This document shows, piece after piece, positions 44,642 to 49,792 of a stretch of DNA of 49,792 nt. The notes under the pieces are model-generated. The model made no database searches, was not told the DNA's origin, and worked only from the letters and a program-made list of their open reading frames with translations. A program made the translations under genes and the position numbers. Source of the DNA: Candidatus Saccharimonadia bacterium. Lineage in GTDB: Bacteria; Patescibacteriota; SICC01. The stretch covers positions 369,344 through 419,135 of the forward strand of contig JANWJF010000001.1 in the NCBI GenBank assembly GCA_025449535.1, in the 5' to 3' direction. The stretch's first letter is position 1. Every line of letters begins with the position of its first letter.

Positions 44642-45571
44642 ATGCAAAACCTACGTAAAACGTTTCGGACGAACGCACGACGGCTTCGCGGTGTGCGGCT
44701 CGGGCCGTTCACTTGGGCGGCACTGGCGGCGTTCGCGCTGATTGCCTCCATCCAGGTCTTCGCCTCCAGCGGGGAGTACGCACCCGGAGCGGAACCAACG
44801 CTTGAGGACGAGAAGTCCTGGTCCGCCCCCGGCCGGTATTACCTGAGCTGCGAGACGGTCGACGAATCCGGCTGCACCAGCGTCGACAACGACCTCGGCG
44901 TCTTCGCCAAGAAAGGCTACACCGTGACCTTCCGTTCCAACGAACTCGAGGCGGGCCGGTACAAGCTCCGCTTCGACTACCGCAACTACCAGGGCACGCT
45001 CCCGCCCGGGTACGCGTTCGACGTGGACGTGCTCCTGAACGGCAAGAACGTGGCGGGGCGTACGATCGAGCTGACGACCGGGGGCAACGGGCCGTGGGCC
45101 TTCCAGCGCGAGGTGAAGGTCCCGGACGGCGAATCGACGATCACGATCACTTGGAAAAACGACCGCGAACTGCGCGGCGCCGAGACCAACTTCGGCGTGA
45201 TCTCGGCCGCGCTGGTCTCGCTGGAGGCGGAAGCGCTTACGGCCCGGAACGACGCCGCCCGGGAACGTGACCTCTCGGCGTACCGCTCGGCCCTGGCCCG
45301 GTACGTCGCCGAGCACGGCGACTATCCGAGACAGCCGACCGTCCGTCCGGTCACCGAGAACGGCCCCCTGATGCAAGCGCTGCGCGGTTACTTGGACACG
45401 TTCCTCGACGACCCGCTGCCCGACGCACGTGACTATTACTACGTTTCCGACGGCCAACGCTACGGCGTCTGCGCGGACTTCGAGGGCGAACGCGGCGTCC
45501 GCCTGGAAGCCGGACCGTCCGGCACCCGCAAGGTGCCGGGTTCCGCAGCCGAGTGCCAGCTGCTCAACTAG
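44642..45571 (+). CDS. Exported protein: beta-sandwich (CBM-like) domain plus C-terminal pilin/GspG-like head
   Basis: N-terminal TM; AGRYKLRFDY..DVLLNGK..TITITWKND; ARNDAARERDLSAYRSALARY..HGDYP...DPL...YYY...C..FE. Confidence 0.7.
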   Translation: MQNLRKTFRTNARRLRGVRLGPFTWAALAAFALIASIQVFASSGEYAPGAEPTLEDEKSWSAPGRYYLSCETVDESGCTSVDNDLGVFAKKGYTVTFRSNELEAGRYKLRFDYRNYQGTLPPGYAFDVDVLLNGKNVAGRTIELTTGGNGPWAFQREVKVPDGESTITITWKNDRELRGAETNFGVISAALVSLEAEALTARNDAARERDLSAYRSALARYVAEHGDYPRQPTVRPVTENGPLMQALRGYLDTFLDDPLPDARDYYYVSDGQRYGVCADFEGERGVRLEAGPSGTRKVPGSAAECQLLN

Positions 45572-46358
45572 AACGCACCCGGTCCATCAGGCGCTCTACG
45601 AGCTCCCGATCGACGGGTTCCCCCTGCACGACGCCGCGGACCTTGATCGAACTGCCGACGATGGCGCCGTCCGCGATGCCCATCTGGGCGGGAGCGTTCT
45701 CTGGCGTCAGTCCGCTGCCGACGACCAGCGGTACGTGTTCCAGCGCTTCTCGGACCGCCTTCAGGTCGTCCAAGTCCGTTTCCGACCCGGTCCTCGCCCC
45801 GGTGACCACGACGGCATCCCCGCGTTCCGCGGCCTTGGCAGCGGATTCGGAGATCGGCGGCTCCGGACCTTCGAACTCATAGTACTTGGGGTGGACGCCG
45901 CCCAGCACGGCGATGTCCGGATACCTGGCCCGCATGGCCTGGAGGTAACCCACGTCGACCGGCTGGCAACCGTGGAAACGGCCGACGATGTGATCCATCT
46001 GGATGAACCGCCCGCCGGTCTCCTCGGCGATCCGCATCGCCGCCGCGAAGTCGTTCGGAAGCAGGTTGATGCCGACCGGAATGTCGGCGTTCGCCGCGAC
46101 CGCGCGAGTGATCCGCGCGATCGTTTCCTGCGCCTCGGGCGTTGAGTGGTTGGGGTCCTGATAGCCCCACCCGTAGTTCTCGACGAGCACCCCGTCGACC
46201 AGCGGACCCAGGACCTCCAAGTCCCGCAGGGCCGCGTCGGTCTGCTCGGTAGAGCCGTCCCATACATGCAACATGGCGATGATCGGCTTTTCCACGCCGA
46301 ACACCTCCCGGAACCGATTCCGTGCCCCTATCCGCTCTGACGAAGGCGGACCTTCCAT
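45564..46358 (-). CDS. BtpA/SgcQ-family TIM-barrel protein
   Basis: KPIIAMLH, DGVLVEN, PVGINLL.ND, DAVVVTGARTG, VGSGLTPEN, DGAIVGS. Confidence 0.9.
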   Translation of the reverse strand: MEGPPSSERIGARNRFREVFGVEKPIIAMLHVWDGSTEQTDAALRDLEVLGPLVDGVLVENYGWGYQDPNHSTPEAQETIARITRAVAANADIPVGINLLPNDFAAAMRIAEETGGRFIQMDHIVGRFHGCQPVDVGYLQAMRARYPDIAVLGGVHPKYYEFEGPEPPISESAAKAAERGDAVVVTGARTGSETDLDDLKAVREALEHVPLVVGSGLTPENAPAQMGIADGAIVGSSIKVRGVVQGEPVDRELVERLMDRVRSS

Positions 46359-46367
46359 GGCCTTATC

Positions 46368-46517
46368 TTACCCTTGTTCGGCCAGGACGTGGGCGGAAAG
46401 CCGGCGGATCAACTGCTCTTCGGTGACCTCCCGGTCCTCGGGCGGCGTCGCGTTGAACTTCAGGAACTGCTGCAACACGTATTCGATCGGATCGTATTCC
46501 TTGACGACGAACTTCAT
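46368..46517 (-). CDS. Small hypothetical protein (49 aa), not in the ORF track
   Basis: MKFVVKEYDPIEYVLQQFLKFNATPPEDREVTEEQLIRRLSAHVLAEQG; ATGA-coupled to the upstream gene; host-like GC3 codon usage. Confidence 0.7.
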   Translation of the reverse strand: MKFVVKEYDPIEYVLQQFLKFNATPPEDREVTEEQLIRRLSAHVLAEQG

Positions 46518-46906
46518 GCCGCGCCTCCCGGCCGTACCGCCAAGCCGTTCTCTATCCGGTAGCGGAGCACGCGGGTGACGGAATCGTTCAACCCGGAACG
46601 GTCTCGGACCAGCAACGAGGCCGACAGGTCCTCGAGCCGCAGGATGTTCTTGGCCGCCGCGTCCCGGAGCTTCCGGTCGCGGGGCCGGACGTTCAGTTCC
46701 AGCAGCTGCCGGTACGGGACGTCGGTAAGCTGTTCCCAGGCCTCGGCGTCCACGACCGCCTGGAGACGCGGATACGTCTCGTACGCCACGCGGAGTTCCT
46801 CGGTCAGCCGGAGCAGGCCCGCCAGGTGCTTCCGCACGTACATGCTGGATACCTCGAACCGCGGCTGATTTCGTAATCGTCGTTTCCTGATGATGTCTCG
46901 CTTCAT
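46514..46906 (-). CDS. Hypothetical basic protein
   Basis: 130 aa; GGGAGG SD; TTGACA-17-TATCCT promoter at 46933-46961 (-). Confidence 0.75.
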   Translation of the reverse strand: MKRDIIRKRRLRNQPRFEVSSMYVRKHLAGLLRLTEELRVAYETYPRLQAVVDAEAWEQLTDVPYRQLLELNVRPRDRKLRDAAAKNILRLEDLSASLLVRDRSGLNDSVTRVLRYRIENGLAVRPGGAA

Positions 46907-46993
46907 GTCCCTCCCAGAACGTTTAGCTATCGAGGATACGGCTTAAAAATGCCTTTGTCAAGCGGTTTATGGTGGCTGTTACAATCTATCCGT

Positions 46994-48325
46994 ATGCAGA
47001 TTTCCCCGGACATCTTCCGCAGGTACGACATTCGAGGCGTCATCCCCCAGGATCTGGATGAGGGCGGTGCGGAACGGATCGGCCAGGCTTTCGTGCAGGT
47101 TATGGGCCCCGGACGAACAGTGGTCGGACACGACGTCAGACAGACCGGCGAATCCTTGAAACAGGCTTTGATCAAGGGCCTGACGAAAGCCGGGATGAGC
47201 GTAATCGATATTGGCGTCGTCTCGACCGACTGTTTCTATTTCGCCTGCGCTGAGACGGGACTGCCGGGACTGATGGTCACCGCCTCCCACAATCCGCCTG
47301 AGTACAACGGGTTCAAGATGGTCCGTAAAATTCCGGAGTTGCTAACCAGCGAAGAGATACAGAAAGCGGTCCAGGGCGATCCGTCCGCTGATACGGCCAC
47401 GCCGGGGACGGTGAAGGAGAAGGATTTCAATGACGCTTTCATCGAACGGATGCTTCAAATCATCCCACCTACGAAACTCAAGCCGCTCAAGGTCGTGGTT
47501 GATACCAGTAACGGCTCACAAGGAGCGTATTGGAAGAAGCTGGAGAAACGGCTGCCGATAACGCTGATTCCCCAGTACTTCGAACCGGACGGCACGTTCC
47601 CGAACCACGACAACGACATCATCCAGGAAGCAGCCCAGGAACCGCTTCGGGAACGGGTGGTCAAGGAGAAGGCTGACCTCGGACTCATCTTCGATCCGGA
47701 CGGAGACCGTTGTTTGGCCGTCGACGATCGCGGGAAGACGATCCCGGGAGACTTCCTTACCGCCCTATTGGCCGAGACGATGCTCAAGCGCCAGCCGGGC
47801 AGCACCATCGTCTATGACATCCGCGCCAGCGATGCAGTACCGGACCACGTCCGGGCACTCGGCGGCAAGCCGTTCGGCTGGAAGATCGGCCATTCCGTGA
47901 TCAAGCCGAAGATGGTCGAACACGATGCCGTGTTCGGTGGCGAAGTCTCCGGACACTTCTACTTCAAGGATTTTAATTTCGTAGATTGCGGCCTCCTGAC
48001 GGGCCTGACCCTGCTCGAATACGTCAGCGAACTCGACGGTCCGCTCTCCGGCAAGGTCAAGGAATTCGAATCCAAGTACTTCTTGTCCGGCGAGATCAAC
48101 TCCCAAGTCGCCGATCACGAAACGGTGCTGCGAAGGGTCAAGGAAACATACCGGGATGGCGAACTGAGCGAACTCGACGGCGTGGCCGTCCGGTATCCGA
48201 ATTGGCATTTCGTAGTCCGGACCGGCGCCAATCCTCCGGGGATCGTCCGTCTCACGCTCGAAGCGAACTCCCAGGAGCTGATGGAAGAAAAACGCGACGA
48301 AGTCCTCGCGTTGATTCGGACATAA
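46994..48325 (+). CDS. Phosphomannomutase/phosphoglucomutase
   Basis: IFRRYDIRG, TASHNPPEYNGFK, FDPDGDR, GGEVSGHFYF; start re-called at ATG 46994. Confidence 0.95.
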   Translation: MQISPDIFRRYDIRGVIPQDLDEGGAERIGQAFVQVMGPGRTVVGHDVRQTGESLKQALIKGLTKAGMSVIDIGVVSTDCFYFACAETGLPGLMVTASHNPPEYNGFKMVRKIPELLTSEEIQKAVQGDPSADTATPGTVKEKDFNDAFIERMLQIIPPTKLKPLKVVVDTSNGSQGAYWKKLEKRLPITLIPQYFEPDGTFPNHDNDIIQEAAQEPLRERVVKEKADLGLIFDPDGDRCLAVDDRGKTIPGDFLTALLAETMLKRQPGSTIVYDIRASDAVPDHVRALGGKPFGWKIGHSVIKPKMVEHDAVFGGEVSGHFYFKDFNFVDCGLLTGLTLLEYVSELDGPLSGKVKEFESKYFLSGEINSQVADHETVLRRVKETYRDGELSELDGVAVRYPNWHFVVRTGANPPGIVRLTLEANSQELMEEKRDEVLALIRT

Positions 48326-48368
48326 CGGGGTTCTAATCGACCGCCGCTTCGCGGTACCATAGCCCGGT

Positions 48369-49792
48369 ATGGCCAAAGCCAAGAAAGTCCAAACTTCCGC
48401 CGGTCTCGACTACGGGATCATCGGTAACTGCGAGACCGCCGCGCTGGTCAGCAAGGAAGCCAGCATCGACTGGTTCTGCTTTCCGCGGTTCGATTCGCCG
48501 TCCGCCTTCGGCCGCCTGCTCGATTCCAAGCAGGGCGGTTTCTTCTCGCTGAAGCCCGTCGGAGCCAAGTTCTGGTCCAAGCAGAGCTACCTCGAGGACA
48601 CCAACATCCTGGTGACCACGTTCGTCTCCGATGAGGCCGAGGTCGAGGTCACCGACTTCATGCCCATCTTCTCGGAACCGTACCGGACCCGTCCCCTGCA
48701 ACGGCTCTGCCGCCGGGTGAAGGTGGTCCGCGGCACGGCGGACGTGGAGATGATCATGGAGCCGGCCTTCGACTACGCGCGCACCGCACCCAAGTTCGAG
48801 TTCCGGAGCGGCGTCTGGCTGGCCCGCGGCGAGGGACAGACGTTCATCCTCTCCAGCAACGCCGTCCTGGTGGACGCCTACGACAAGAAGGCCGACCGGC
48901 TGGAGCGGACGTTCGCCCTGAAGGAGGGCGAGGTGATCGACTTCGTGCTCGGGTACCGGAAGAACCTCTTCGACGTCGGCCAGTTCGACGGCAACGTGGA
49001 CAACACCGACGTGCTGGAAAAGACGACCCACTTCTGGCGGCAGTGGCTCTGGAAGCTCGAGTACAACGGGCCGTACTTGGAACACGTGAAGCGCTCGGCA
49101 TTGGCTTTGAAGCTGCTCACCTACGCTCCCACCGGCGCGGTGGTCGCCGCGGCGACGACTTCGGTGCCGGAGGAAATCGGCACCAACCGGACCTGGGACT
49201 ACCGCTACTGCTGGCTCCGGGACGCCTCGTTCACCGTGGACGCGCTCTTCCGGGTCGGCCTGTTCGCCGAAGCGCTCGCCTTCATGCACTTCCTGCGCGA
49301 GGCGATCTCGCAGGGCGGACCGGAGATCCAGATCATGTACCGGGTCGACGGCGCTGAGGAGATGACCGAGCTCAAGCTCGACCACTTGGCCGGCTACAAG
49401 AACAGCGTCCCCGTGCGGATCGGCAACCGGGCGGCCAACCAGCTGCAGCTGGACGCCTTCGGCGAGGTGATCGACATCGCCGCGGTGGTCTTCGAGGAGA
49501 AGCACTACCTCTCGCCGGACATGTGGAGCACGTTGTCCGAGCTGGTCGAGGTGATCTGCAAGTTCTGGCGGGAACCGGACAACGGGATCTGGGAGCTGCA
49601 CGACGAGAAGTTCAAGCTCAACTACACCGCCTCCAAGGTACAGGCCTGGGTGGCGGTAGACCGAGGCGTCCGGCTGGCCAAGCGCATGAAGGACGACGAG
49701 AAGGCCAAGCGCTGGAGCAAGGTATGCGCGGAGATCAAGGACGACGTGATGACCCACGGTTGGAACAAGGAGAAGCAGGCGTTCACGATCGC
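48369..49792 (+). CDS. Glycoside hydrolase family 15 (trehalase/glucoamylase-like), runs off the window end
   Basis: Manual translation MAKAKK..DYGIIGNCETAALVS..SIDWFCFPRFDSPS...RTWDYRYCWLRDASF...QLDAFGE...PDNGIWE. Confidence 0.93.
   Translation, partial: MAKAKKVQTSAGLDYGIIGNCETAALVSKEASIDWFCFPRFDSPSAFGRLLDSKQGGFFSLKPVGAKFWSKQSYLEDTNILVTTFVSDEAEVEVTDFMPIFSEPYRTRPLQRLCRRVKVVRGTADVEMIMEPAFDYARTAPKFEFRSGVWLARGEGQTFILSSNAVLVDAYDKKADRLERTFALKEGEVIDFVLGYRKNLFDVGQFDGNVDNTDVLEKTTHFWRQWLWKLEYNGPYLEHVKRSALALKLLTYAPTGAVVAAATTSVPEEIGTNRTWDYRYCWLRDASFTVDALFRVGLFAEALAFMHFLREAISQGGPEIQIMYRVDGAEEMTELKLDHLAGYKNSVPVRIGNRAANQLQLDAFGEVIDIAAVVFEEKHYLSPDMWSTLSELVEVICKFWREPDNGIWELHDEKFKLNYTASKVQAWVAVDRGVRLAKRMKDDEKAKRWSKVCAEIKDDVMTHGWNKEKQAFTI

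Noticed and set aside
48333..49757. 474-aa minus-strand ORF
   Set aside because: Antisense shadow of the GH15 gene, which the track missed because it is truncated.
1..49792. CRISPR array, IS/transposase, integrase, prophage, rRNA, tmRNA
   Set aside because: No regularly spaced repeats or recognisable motifs for these were seen.

Overview
A gene-dense, high-GC bacterial chromosome segment. Its gene families and features suggest Patescibacteria (CPR): NrnA with an internal insertion, a DUF5673-like protein, a TSP3-type Ca-binding tail, a pilin-like head, ValRS with HSGH/KFSKS, tRNAs without encoded CCA, and tRNA-Arg(GCG). This taxonomy is inference only. The housekeeping backbone is dsbA/dsbB, nfo, pnp, rpsO, truB, nrnA, rpsT, holA, mutM, a PHP protein, polA, murE-vanX-femX, tsaD, valS, a SpoIID-like protein, a PilB/GspE ATPase, PMM/PGM and a partial GH15. 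Single orphan genes are interleaved throughout, and there are five dispersed tRNAs (Ser-UGA, Ser-GCU, Arg-GCG, Arg-CCG, Ser-CGA). I saw no CRISPR array, integrase or transposase. Most notable observations: (1) a ~684-aa orphan with an acidic N-terminus, three tandem DnaA-domain-IV-like HTH modules and a sigma-70 region-2-like segment; (2) three convergent orphan genes each ending 4-5 nt past a tRNA-Ser, including a circularly permuted ATP-grasp and a zincin-HTH fusion; (3) more than 20 genes with a TAnnnT box 6-8 nt before the start codon (leaderless architecture), including palindromic back-to-back promoters; (4) an in-frame palindromic (RPE/REP-like) element inside tsaD; (5) several unexplained structured intergenic RNAs and small ORFs; (6) a shared AAAAGTGn-TAnnnT promoter motif in front of pilus/surface genes. 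All domain calls come from motif recognition by eye, not from database searches.
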